A DNA stretch of 20,000 bases from an uncultured Clostridia bacterium (GTDB lineage: Bacteria > CAYTYR01 > UBA6262), in NCBI GenBank assembly GCA_964441745.1, contig CAYTYR010000011.1, positions 56,477 to 76,476 on the forward strand, read 5' to 3'. Both the position numbers and the translations under genes were made by a program. The stretch's first letter is position 1. Each line of letters begins with the position of its first letter. This document shows positions 1 to 8,035 of the stretch, piece after piece. The notes beneath the pieces were generated by a model that worked only from the letters and a program-made list of their open reading frames with translations, was not told where the DNA came from and ran no database searches.

Positions 1-486
1 ACTCCGGGGATCATCGTCTGCTTTTTTATTGTAAAAATTATAGTTAAATCTCAGGTTGAAGGTATCGGTCAGGTTAAGATTAGAGATCAATGCCAGGTTA
101 TGGCTGTTAAAATCTGTTTCGGTATTGATCTTGTCATTATAGTTACGGAAATTGTATCCCAGTTTTAACTGCCCCTGCTTACCAAATATAGGCATGAGCC
201 CCTGGGTAAATCCAATTCCGCCCTGATTCTCGCGTACCGGTGTCACTAACTGGGTTTCTTCAGTCATCAGGTTGAAATTAAGCAACCGCTCCTGGGCGAA
301 CGGCATATAAGCGTTCAGGCCAAGATTGAGCGGAGTAATGGAGTTTGCCACTCCATAGGCGTCTGTGTAAGAATAGCGGGTGAGAGCGCCACTGGCTGTC
401 CCATTTAAATGCAGCTCGGCATAAACAGGCCTTGATAAGGTCGCAATAAAAATGAGACTAGCTAAAACAATGAAAAATTTTCTCAT
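1..486 (-). CDS. Secreted, probably outer-membrane beta-barrel protein (5' part only; runs off the window edge)
   Basis: Not in the ORF track. Open frame from ATG at 486 to base 1 (162 codons), MRKFFIVLASLIFIATLSRPVYA|ELHLNG... It has a Sec signal peptide, GGAGG upstream and alternating beta-strand patterns (LKLGYNF, NLRFNYNF). Confidence 0.75.
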   Translation of the reverse strand, partial: MRKFFIVLASLIFIATLSRPVYAELHLNGTASGALTRYSYTDAYGVANSITPLNLGLNAYMPFAQERLLNFNLMTEETQLVTPVRENQGGIGFTQGLMPIFGKQGQLKLGYNFRNYNDKINTETDFNSHNLALISNLNLTDTFNLRFNYNFYNKKADDDPRS

Positions 487-554
487 GCAGACACCTCCGA
501 GAAAGATGGGGAAACAGAATAAAAAAATGGTTTTATTGATTAATTTTATATTGT

Positions 555-583
555 TTTATACACTTTAAAGTTGATATTGTCAA
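555..583 (-). promoter_or_regulatory. Sigma70-like promoter for the 1..486 gene
   Basis: Minus strand reads TTGACA-N17-TATAAA. Confidence 0.65.
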
Positions 584-639
584 TAAATATATACAATAAA
601 ATAAGACCTGAATTTTGACTTTTTTGGTTTAAAGTTAGT

Positions 640-1707
640 TTATTTATATTTTTTGATGTCTTTGAGGACCTTTTTTACATGCTTCCCGAAAGTTTTGTCC
701 TTTTTCCTTTTTTCTACATAGGACATCTCATTATAGCGCGCTTCTTTTTGGAGTTTCTGGTAGCTAGTCAATCGCCCGGCCAATATTTGGCCTTTATGCA
801 AAGCTTCAATAATCGCACAGCCAGGTTCATTAGTATGGGTACAATCCTTAAACCGGCATTTTAAGGCCAGAGAAGTTATTTCGCTAAAAGTCTCTGTTAA
901 TCCCGTAACGACAGAAATGTTCCCAAACTCCCTCATGCCGGGAGTGTCTATGAGCAATCCTCCTGAATCCAGGATTATGAGATGCCTTCTATTGGTGGTA
1001 TGCCTCCCATGGGAATCACTGACTCTTACTGCCGCGGTTTTATAAATATCTGCCCCTATTAGTTTGTTCAGCAGGGTGGTTTTCCCGACTCCCGAAGAAC
1101 CAATAAGGGTATAGGTCCTGCCAGGTTCAATGCTGCGCTGGATATCTTCCAGCCCCAGGCCGGTTTTATTGCTAAAAGCCATGACCTTAATATCTATATC
1201 TAGATCGCGAACAGTGGCGATCTTTTCTTGTATCTCCTGTTCCGTCATCAGATCTGTTTTACTTAAAAGAACAACGGAATTGATATTGTCTTCCTTGACC
1301 GCAGCCAAGTAGCGCTCCAGCCTTCTGAGGTTAAAATTAGCATCCAGCGATTGCATAATAAAAGCAGTGTCAATATTAGCTGATAATAGCTGGTATTCTA
1401 TTTTTTTACCCGCAGTCTTTCTGCTCAGTAGTGATTTTCTGGGTAATATTTCATGGATGATCGCCAGGGTATCATTATTATGGTACTTTACATAGACCCA
1501 ATCTCCTACGGTAGGCAGGTCCATGCTTGAACTCGCCTGGAACCTGAGCTTACCTTCTATTTCCGCGAAGGTCTCATTTTTCTCCCCGATGACGATATAA
1601 CCATCCCGGTCAACTGCCGCCACCCTGGCCAACTGATACGCTTTTCGCGCGGAATCCCCGGCTTTTTCGGCAAACCAATCGTCAAATCCTAATTGTTTTA
1701 GTTCCAT
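640..1707 (-). CDS. rsgA: Ribosome small subunit-dependent GTPase A (long N-terminal form)
   Basis: OB-fold region with VGDWV, circularly permuted GTPase motifs G4 SKTD, G1 GSSGVGKTT, G2 GRHTT, G3 DTPG, and a C-terminal Zn site CRFKDCTHTNEPGC. Confidence 0.95.
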   Translation of the reverse strand: MELKQLGFDDWFAEKAGDSARKAYQLARVAAVDRDGYIVIGEKNETFAEIEGKLRFQASSSMDLPTVGDWVYVKYHNNDTLAIIHEILPRKSLLSRKTAGKKIEYQLLSANIDTAFIMQSLDANFNLRRLERYLAAVKEDNINSVVLLSKTDLMTEQEIQEKIATVRDLDIDIKVMAFSNKTGLGLEDIQRSIEPGRTYTLIGSSGVGKTTLLNKLIGADIYKTAAVRVSDSHGRHTTNRRHLIILDSGGLLIDTPGMREFGNISVVTGLTETFSEITSLALKCRFKDCTHTNEPGCAIIEALHKGQILAGRLTSYQKLQKEARYNEMSYVEKRKKDKTFGKHVKKVLKDIKKYK

Positions 1708-1757
1708 TTAATTTCCTTTCCCAGCTTAAAAGTGCCCCGGATTACCAGATTGTTTTA

Positions 1758-1787
1758 TTTATATCCCCTGCCGCCGCTGCCTGTCAA
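1758..1787 (-). promoter_or_regulatory. Sigma70-like promoter for rsgA
   Basis: Minus strand reads TTGACA-N18-TATAAA, about 50 nt upstream of the rsgA ATG. Confidence 0.55.
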
Positions 1788-1812
1788 CCCATATTACCAT
1801 TTCCCCTTTTGC

Positions 1813-1841
1813 TTTACAATTAGGTAATTTGCTATTATAAA
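1813..1841 (+). promoter_or_regulatory. Sigma70-like promoter facing the corA-like ORF
   Basis: TTTACA(1813-1818)-N17-TATAAA(1836-1841); the last A is the A of the ORF's ATG. Confidence 0.45.
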
Positions 1842-2521
1842 TGGATGTTTTCCTGGGCCGTAATTTTATTATCACCGTGCATGGATATCCGGTCAAGATT
1901 ATCAATGAACTCCTGACCAGCGAAAACGGCAAAAACCAGAATACTATTCTCCCTAAGGGAATTGATTATGCGGCTTATACTTTACTGGATAAATTCATTG
2001 ACAGCTATTTCCCGGTCATTGATAATTACAATACGCTTTTTGATATTCTTGATGATAAGATCTTCAAAGACTCCAATCCGCTACTAATGAGCAAGATACT
2101 GAAAGCCAAAAAAAGCCTGCTCCTGGTCAGGAAGTACCTCGGGCCGCTGCGCGCCGTAATGTCACAATTGGTCCGTACTAATACTGTTTTCGTCCGGGCC
2201 AAATCCCTGGTCTATTACCGTGATGTTTATGACCATGTTATGCTGTTATATGATCTGGCGGAGAACTTCCGTGATATGTTCAACTCGATCATGGAAGCGC
2301 ACCTGGCCAATACTTCCAATCGGCTCAATGAAATAATGAAGACTCTTACCGTGGTCGCAACTATCATGATGCCCTTAACCCTGATCACTAGTTTTTACGG
2401 GATGAACGTGAAGGCTCCGGAATTTGAATGGGGATTAGCCGGTTATATTTTTGTCTGGTTAATTCTAATTCTGACCTTGATCTTTATGCTTATTTTCTTC
2501 AAACGCCGTAAATTATTGTAA
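1841..2521 (+). CDS. corA: CorA-family Mg2+/Co2+ transporter, N-terminally truncated (226 aa; possibly a pseudogene)
   Basis: Stalk helix LNEIMKTLT, TM1 ending in YGMN, a PEFEW loop and TM2 ending FFKRRKLL. The ORF begins at the internal 'FLGxNFIITVH' strand, an in-frame TAA lies directly before the ATG, and there is no Shine-Dalgarno. Confidence 0.8.
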   Translation: MDVFLGRNFIITVHGYPVKIINELLTSENGKNQNTILPKGIDYAAYTLLDKFIDSYFPVIDNYNTLFDILDDKIFKDSNPLLMSKILKAKKSLLLVRKYLGPLRAVMSQLVRTNTVFVRAKSLVYYRDVYDHVMLLYDLAENFRDMFNSIMEAHLANTSNRLNEIMKTLTVVATIMMPLTLITSFYGMNVKAPEFEWGLAGYIFVWLILILTLIFMLIFFKRRKLL

Positions 2522-2536
2522 AGAAAACAAATTTAT

Positions 2537-3073
2537 TTATAAATTGGGAGTATAAAGCAGAATACCAGCCAGGCCGGCTCCAGCCAGGATGTAAAGAATA
2601 TTCAGCTTGGTCGCTGTCGCCAGGGTAAAAGCAGCCAAGGCAATAAAAATGGACCGGAAATCACTGATCCCTTCCCTGGCGATAGAGAGCGCGGCAGTCA
2701 GGACCAGGGAGAGAACCACCGGAGACATCGCCGAGAAAAAGATTTTAACTGATTCTTCGCCTTTGGCCAGGTATTTTTTGAAAATATAATATAATAAAGA
2801 CACGATAATTATAGATGGTAATATTACCGCGATTGTCGCTACTGTACTGCCGAGCACTCCTCCCACCCGGTAACCGACAAAGGTGGCGCAATTGATCCCT
2901 ACTGGGCCAGGGGTCATCCCAGCCACTGCCACTACCTGGTAAAATTGGGGCAAGGTCAGCCAATGATGGATGGTAATGATCTCTTTTTCGATCAAGGGGA
3001 TAGTGGCATAACCACCGCCAAAACTAAAGATCCCGATCTTGAAAAAAGAAATAAATAACTGCCAGAAGATCAT
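2537..3073 (-). CDS. Short-chain chromate transporter (CHR family), second subunit
   Basis: FFKIGIFSFGGGY and TPGP motifs, 178 aa hydrophobic; ATGA overlap with the upstream partner. Confidence 0.9.
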   Translation of the reverse strand: MIFWQLFISFFKIGIFSFGGGYATIPLIEKEIITIHHWLTLPQFYQVVAVAGMTPGPVGINCATFVGYRVGGVLGSTVATIAVILPSIIIVSLLYYIFKKYLAKGEESVKIFFSAMSPVVLSLVLTAALSIAREGISDFRSIFIALAAFTLATATKLNILYILAGAGLAGILLYTPNL

Positions 3074-3606
3074 GCTTTTCTCCGGTAGGTAATGAATAAG
3101 GCCACGGCCAGGCCCAGAATTATGATCAGTATTGGATTTATTTGCCAGAATACCAGTAAAGCCGTGGCTACTAGCAAAGCTGCATATTGATAAAAACCTT
3201 TAAGGTTTTTCCGCGCCAGGACAAATACCACCGCCGCGATCACCCCGCTGGTGGCTGGTACTGCTCCTTGGAAGAAAGCTTTCAGCCAGGTGGTTTCAAA
3301 ATACCTCAGGAACAGCATAGCGATCAGCAGGATAGAAATAAAAGATGGCAGGACCGCTCCCAATAGCCCGCTTAATGCCCCGCTAAAACCATTCAGTTCC
3401 CAGCCGAGAACCAAAGAGAGATTAACCGCCATCACTCCGGGTGAAGACTGGGCAATGGTCAGAAAATGCATGAAATGTTCTTCGCTGATCCATTTTCTCC
3501 GGTCGACGACCTCCTGCCTGATCAGAGGCAGCATGACAAATCCGCCGCCGATGGTGAAAGCGCCGATTTTAAAGAAACTCAGGAATATTTGAAGATTTTT
3601 ATTCAT
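3070..3606 (-). CDS. Short-chain chromate transporter (CHR family), first subunit
   Basis: FFKIGAFTIGGG, EVVDRRKW, AQSSPG and LPSF motifs; 178 aa; paired arrangement typical of short-chain CHR proteins. Confidence 0.9.
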   Translation of the reverse strand: MNKNLQIFLSFFKIGAFTIGGGFVMLPLIRQEVVDRRKWISEEHFMHFLTIAQSSPGVMAVNLSLVLGWELNGFSGALSGLLGAVLPSFISILLIAMLFLRYFETTWLKAFFQGAVPATSGVIAAVVFVLARKNLKGFYQYAALLVATALLVFWQINPILIIILGLAVALFITYRRKA

Positions 3607-3612
3607 GCTTTA

Positions 3613-3641
3613 TAAATACACTTTAATTTAATTTTTGTAAA
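3613..3641 (-). promoter_or_regulatory. Possible sigma70-like promoter giving a leaderless transcript of the CHR pair
   Basis: TTTACA-N17-TATTTA, then 6 nt, then ATG(3606); no Shine-Dalgarno. Confidence 0.4.
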
Positions 3642-3643
3642 GT

Positions 3644-3672
3644 AAAAACCCCCGGAGTTTCCTCCGGGGGTT
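3644..3672 (-). terminator. Rho-independent terminator after the Spy/CpxP-like gene
   Basis: Perfect 11-bp stem AACCCCCGGAG / CTCCGGGGGTT with a 4-nt loop, followed by a T tract on the minus strand. Confidence 0.85.
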
Positions 3673-3700
3673 GGTTAATTATCTTTACTTGTTCTATTCC

Positions 3701-4141
3701 CTATTTCTTTTCCATCATCGGCATTTCTTCCTTCAGCGACTGACACTCTCCATTCTTGTGCCTTTCTCTCATCCTCATCCGGCCCATCCCTCTGCCTTCG
3801 CCCATTTTCTTCTGCATTTCTGCTTTCATTTCATCAAATTTCTTGGCCTGATCCGGGGTTAATACCGCCTTAACCTTTTTTTCGCGGGCATCACGAACGG
3901 CTTTCATCTCCTCCTGCGTTTTATCCATGATCGCACTCACCTTATTTTTCTGCTCCGCAGTCAGATTAAGCTCCTTGGCCATCCGGTCGAGCCGCTTGGC
4001 TTGCCAATCTCCCTGTTTCTGCTCCATTTTCCCATCCGGCGCGCATGGGCGCTGGCATTGGCGCTGCATCTCCCTGGCCAAAGCCAATCCAGCTCCAAGC
4101 ATAAAAACACTTACTAATACTACCCCTAACAATTTCTTCAT
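3701..4141 (-). CDS. Spy/CpxP-family (LTXXQ) periplasmic protein
   Basis: Signal peptide ending LALA, two LTxxQ motifs (LNLTAEQK, VLTPDQAKKF), and Met/Gly/Arg-rich flanks. Confidence 0.85.
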   Translation of the reverse strand: MKKLLGVVLVSVFMLGAGLALAREMQRQCQRPCAPDGKMEQKQGDWQAKRLDRMAKELNLTAEQKNKVSAIMDKTQEEMKAVRDAREKKVKAVLTPDQAKKFDEMKAEMQKKMGEGRGMGRMRMRERHKNGECQSLKEEMPMMEKK

Positions 4142-4180
4142 AGCTTTTTCCCCTTCTTTTTAGTTTGCCTTTCTCATAAC

Positions 4181-4210
4181 TTAGACTACGGCCAACCGAA
4201 AAAAGTTTCA
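4181..4210 (-). promoter_or_regulatory. ECF sigma factor-type promoter for the Spy/CpxP-like gene
   Basis: Minus strand TGAAACTT-N16-GTCTAA, resembling RpoE/AlgU-type GAACTT-N16/17-TCTAA. It lies just after the RND terminator and 40 nt before the ATG. Confidence 0.6.
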
Positions 4211-4214
4211 AGAT

Positions 4215-4250
4215 AAAAAAAAGCCATCCCGGATCATCAGGGATGGCTTT
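4215..4250 (-). terminator. Rho-independent terminator of the TetR-TolC-adaptor-RND operon
   Basis: 11-bp stem AAAGCCATCCC / GGGATGGCTTT with a 9-nt loop and a long T tract on the minus strand. Confidence 0.85.
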
Positions 4251-4271
4251 AATTATATCAGTTCATATATC

Positions 4272-7200
4272 TTACTTATTAAGCGGTAGTTTGGCCTTAC
4301 TAAACTTACCGGTAAACCAAACTTTAAGCCTCTCTATATACAATAAACAAATCGGCACAAAGACAAAAGTGAACAAGATCGAGGCGAGGATGCCTCCAAC
4401 CATTACCGCGCCCATGGACCTTTCCATTGACTCACTTGACCATAACTGCGGCAACACTCCCAGGATAATAGCCAGCGAGGTCATTAATATGGCCCTGAAC
4501 TTGTCAGACGCGCCCAGCCAGAGCGCTTCCTTAACCTCAATTCCTTCTTTCATCTTTTGTAAGGCATGATCCAGCATCAGGATGGCGTTATTGACCACGA
4601 TACCCACGACCATAACCATCGTCAACATCGAGGCCATATTTATGGACATCTCCATAAAGAATAACGCATACATAACACCAATATATGAAGTGGCCACAGT
4701 GGTCATGATCACCAGGGGATAGATCATTGAATCCAGGACCGCGCATAAGAGCATGAAGGTCAGGATCACTGCCAGGATGAAAGCCGTGCTTATCTCCTGG
4801 ACAGATTCTTTTTGCATCTCAGCCATGCCGACATAATCATAGCCATACCCTTCCGTGAACGGCAGTTTTTTAAACCGCGCGTCCAATACCTGTCTCACGT
4901 AGCCAAGGGACGACTTGGACAAATATCCTTCCAGGCGTATGACCCGTCTCTTGTCCGCGTGCTTGATCGACGGCAGGGATTTGTCATTCTTAAGCGTCCC
5001 CAGGGCAGTGATCGGGATCAAACCCCTGGTAGATACTAAGGAGATCTCCCGCAGGTCATTGAAATCCACGGTATAGCCTTTATCTAATCCGACATGGATA
5101 TCGTATTCTTCACCCACTTCTTTATACTTATTTTCATCATTACCGTAGATAGAAGAGCGGATCGCCGGACCGATCTTATCGGCAGTCAAACCATATTGGA
5201 CGAGCTTCTTCTGGTCAGGTATGAATTGCAGTTCCGCTTTGGGCGTTTTATAAGAACAACTCACTGAACGGAAATATCCGGTTTTTTCCATCTCTGTTTT
5301 CATGAGCTGGGAAAGTCCGATCATCTTATCGTAATCAACGCCATAGAGATCAATAGAAACATCGCCAGCCGATCCGGCCATATGCTGGCCGCGGCTGACG
5401 TCGATCTCGGCATCAGGGATCTGCGCCATGAATGGAATAAGCTCATTAATGATATCCAGATCGCTGCGCTTACGTTCGGCGGCAGGCTTAAGATCAAGCG
5501 TTATACTGGCATTTTCCACTCCGTTCTTGCCGATATTCGTCAGTATTGATTCTTTTTCCGGAATACTGTTCAGCCTTTTTTCAATAGTGAGCACTGTCTC
5601 CAATGTGCGTTCAATTGTTGATCCTTGCGGCATGGCAATACTGATCATGACCTTGTCCGCGTCTGATGAAGCCATAAAATCAGAGTCTATATAGGGCAGG
5701 ATGAATAACAGCGACGCTAAAAGAATGACCACGAACAATATAGTGGCTTTCGGGAATTTAAACTGCAGGTCGAATAAATACTTAGTTTCCTGTCTCAGGA
5801 AATCAACCATTTTAGTGGTCCAATTCACCACCAGCCGGAGAGGATTATTGTTTTTCTTTTGTTCCGGCTTTATATCTTCTTTTTTCAATAACAATCCGCA
5901 AAGCATGGGCGTTAAGCTATACGATGCCAGCAAGGAAAACGTAGTGGCATAGATAATGGTTAGTCCAAACTGGTGCATGAATAAACCTATTATTCCGCCC
6001 ATCATAGCCAAGGGCGCGAATACCACCAGGTTAGTGCCGGTGGAGGCAAAGACTGCCACCGCCACTTCCTTGGTGCCGGCAATCGCCGCCTGTCGCGGAT
6101 CTTCATGATGCTCCAGATGCACCAGGACGCTTTCCACGATCACAATGGCATTCGCGATCAAAGTACCCAGGGAGGTGGCGATCGCCATCAGGGTGATCAT
6201 ATTAATGGAGAATCCCGATCCGCTGATCGCGGCCAGGGTAGAAACCAGTGAAGTGGGAATAACTATGCCGGCAATGAAAGTCAGCTTGGCTTCCCCGGTA
6301 AAAAAGTATAAAATGAGCACTGTTAAGAGGATACCGATAAAAATGCTCCAGTATGTATTATTGGTCCTGTTGATAATGACCGGCGTAGTGTCTGAGGCAA
6401 TATCCAGATCCATTCCTTTGGGCAGGCCGGCGCGGAATTCATCCAGCCGTTCGTTCATAGCCCGGGAAATATTGACCGCGTTACCGTCACTGACCATATT
6501 TACTGACAGCCCCACCACATTCTTCCCGTTAAAGCGGGCCATAGTCTCCACTTTCTTGTAACTATCCTCAACCTTGCCGATATCCTTCAAGGGGAAGGAT
6601 GTCCCATCCTTGGAAGTGATCACCATATCCGCTATCTTGGACACATCTTGGAATTCCCCGATAAAACGGACATTCAGGGAAGAACGGTCCTTTTCCAGCA
6701 GGCCGCCGGGGATATTCTGGTTCTGGGCTTTGATCGCGTTGATCACTTCAGAAATAGTGATATAATGCTGTTTCATCAGCACCGGGTCCAGTTTTACTTC
6801 TATCTGGCGCTCTTTTCCGCCATAAACATCCACCTTGGCCACACCGGACACGGAAGATACTTTATTTTTCAGGGTTTTATCCGCGTACTCATAGAGCTTC
6901 AGGCCGTCCATATTGTCGCTGTAGAGTACCAGGTCCATGACCGGGGTCATCAGCGGGTCAAACTTTTCAATGACCGGTTTTTCGCATCCGTCCGGCAAGT
7001 CATTCTGGATCGCCTCAACCTTATCCTTGACTTCAATCGATTTAACATTAACACTTGTTCCCAGTTGGAACTCAATAAAGATCATCCCGTAATTATCATA
7101 TGACTGGCTGCTGATATTCTTGATCTCTGATAACTGTGAAACCACGTCTTCGATCTTTTTGACCACCAGCGTCTCCACTTCCACCGGCGTGGCGCCGGGG

Positions 7201-7346
7201 TAAGTGACGGCTATGGTGACGATCGGGAAATCGATCTTTGGTGAGCTTTCAATCGGTATCTTAGCTAAAGCAAATACACCCAAGACCACGAAAACCAATA
7301 CGAACATTATGGTAGTAACAGGACGTTTTACAAAAAATTCAATCAT
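4272..7346 (-). CDS. RND efflux permease (AcrB/AcrD/AcrF, HAE1-like) with atypical TM4/TM10
   Basis: 1024 aa; FFVKRPV start, YPGATPxEVE, NIPGG, ARFNGK, SLTPML and RAILMTSLA motifs; two periplasmic loops and about 12 TM segments. Confidence 0.95.
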   Translation of the reverse strand: MIEFFVKRPVTTIMFVLVFVVLGVFALAKIPIESSPKIDFPIVTIAVTYPGATPVEVETLVVKKIEDVVSQLSEIKNISSQSYDNYGMIFIEFQLGTSVNVKSIEVKDKVEAIQNDLPDGCEKPVIEKFDPLMTPVMDLVLYSDNMDGLKLYEYADKTLKNKVSSVSGVAKVDVYGGKERQIEVKLDPVLMKQHYITISEVINAIKAQNQNIPGGLLEKDRSSLNVRFIGEFQDVSKIADMVITSKDGTSFPLKDIGKVEDSYKKVETMARFNGKNVVGLSVNMVSDGNAVNISRAMNERLDEFRAGLPKGMDLDIASDTTPVIINRTNNTYWSIFIGILLTVLILYFFTGEAKLTFIAGIVIPTSLVSTLAAISGSGFSINMITLMAIATSLGTLIANAIVIVESVLVHLEHHEDPRQAAIAGTKEVAVAVFASTGTNLVVFAPLAMMGGIIGLFMHQFGLTIIYATTFSLLASYSLTPMLCGLLLKKEDIKPEQKKNNNPLRLVVNWTTKMVDFLRQETKYLFDLQFKFPKATILFVVILLASLLFILPYIDSDFMASSDADKVMISIAMPQGSTIERTLETVLTIEKRLNSIPEKESILTNIGKNGVENASITLDLKPAAERKRSDLDIINELIPFMAQIPDAEIDVSRGQHMAGSAGDVSIDLYGVDYDKMIGLSQLMKTEMEKTGYFRSVSCSYKTPKAELQFIPDQKKLVQYGLTADKIGPAIRSSIYGNDENKYKEVGEEYDIHVGLDKGYTVDFNDLREISLVSTRGLIPITALGTLKNDKSLPSIKHADKRRVIRLEGYLSKSSLGYVRQVLDARFKKLPFTEGYGYDYVGMAEMQKESVQEISTAFILAVILTFMLLCAVLDSMIYPLVIMTTVATSYIGVMYALFFMEMSINMASMLTMVMVVGIVVNNAILMLDHALQKMKEGIEVKEALWLGASDKFRAILMTSLAIILGVLPQLWSSESMERSMGAVMVGGILASILFTFVFVPICLLYIERLKVWFTGKFSKAKLPLNK

Positions 7347-8035
7347 TATTTGTCTCCCCCATCCATGATCCTCACCCGGTCCCCTGGCTTGATTAAAGCT
7401 TGGCCCTGGGATATCACTATATCCCCCGGCTTAAGCCCAGAGCTGACGATAGATCCATAGCCATTCCTGGCCTTGACAGATATCTGTGTTTTTACCGCCA
7501 TACCATCTTTAATTTCCCAGACGTAGTATTTGTCACCGACTATATCCACGATCTCGTTAGGCACAGAGATCGCCTTCTCATAAGTATTAGTACAGGCATA
7601 AGCCACCAGGATCTGCCCTGGCTGGCCGGTTACACCGTTAAAATTGATCCGCACGGGAAACATCCCGGTATTCATATCCAGATTATCGTCCACAGAAGCC
7701 ACGACGCCCTTGATCCGCCCTTGAGCAGTCTCGACATACGTTTCCTGGCCGGCAGCCAGTTTGCTACGCACATCCCTGACCACAAAACCATTACCGCTCA
7801 TAGGGGAGGACAACCGAATGGATACTTTAGTATATTCTTTAACCGCTTTTTCCGCTATCCGGTTAACCTGTACCGGCTTTCCCTTCTTATCCCATTCCTC
7901 CAGCATGCTGACGATCTGTTTGGTCCGATGCCCCCTGACCACGTTCTGCTTCCAAAAAACCGCCAGTACGCAAACCAGGATAATTAAGACATACCCTTGT
8001 GCCCTGATACTGAACTTGCTCATTAATTTTGCCAT
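7346..8035 (-). CDS. RND periplasmic adaptor subunit, unusually short (229 aa)
   Basis: N-terminal membrane anchor, KPVQV strand, beta-barrel motifs (KLAAGQ, KGVVASVD, DMNTGMFPVR), AISVP and SGLKPGDIVISQGQ. An alternative start at 8023 gives a TAATG overlap with tolC. Confidence 0.85.
   Translation of the reverse strand: MAKLMSKFSIRAQGYVLIILVCVLAVFWKQNVVRGHRTKQIVSMLEEWDKKGKPVQVNRIAEKAVKEYTKVSIRLSSPMSGNGFVVRDVRSKLAAGQETYVETAQGRIKGVVASVDDNLDMNTGMFPVRINFNGVTGQPGQILVAYACTNTYEKAISVPNEIVDIVGDKYYVWEIKDGMAVKTQISVKARNGYGSIVSSGLKPGDIVISQGQALIKPGDRVRIMDGGDK

Noticed and set aside
1841-4141. A heavy-metal resistance island made of corA, the CHR pair, the Spy-like gene and the RND pump
   Set aside because: These are separate transcription units, no metal-responsive regulator is present, and the RND is TetR-linked HAE1-like rather than CusA/CzcA-like.
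7400-7987. 195-aa plus-strand ORF and the other short antisense or overlapping ORFs in the track (for example 6648..7103, 15208..15645, 3966..4211)
   Set aside because: They are shadows of well-supported genes, with no recognisable motifs.
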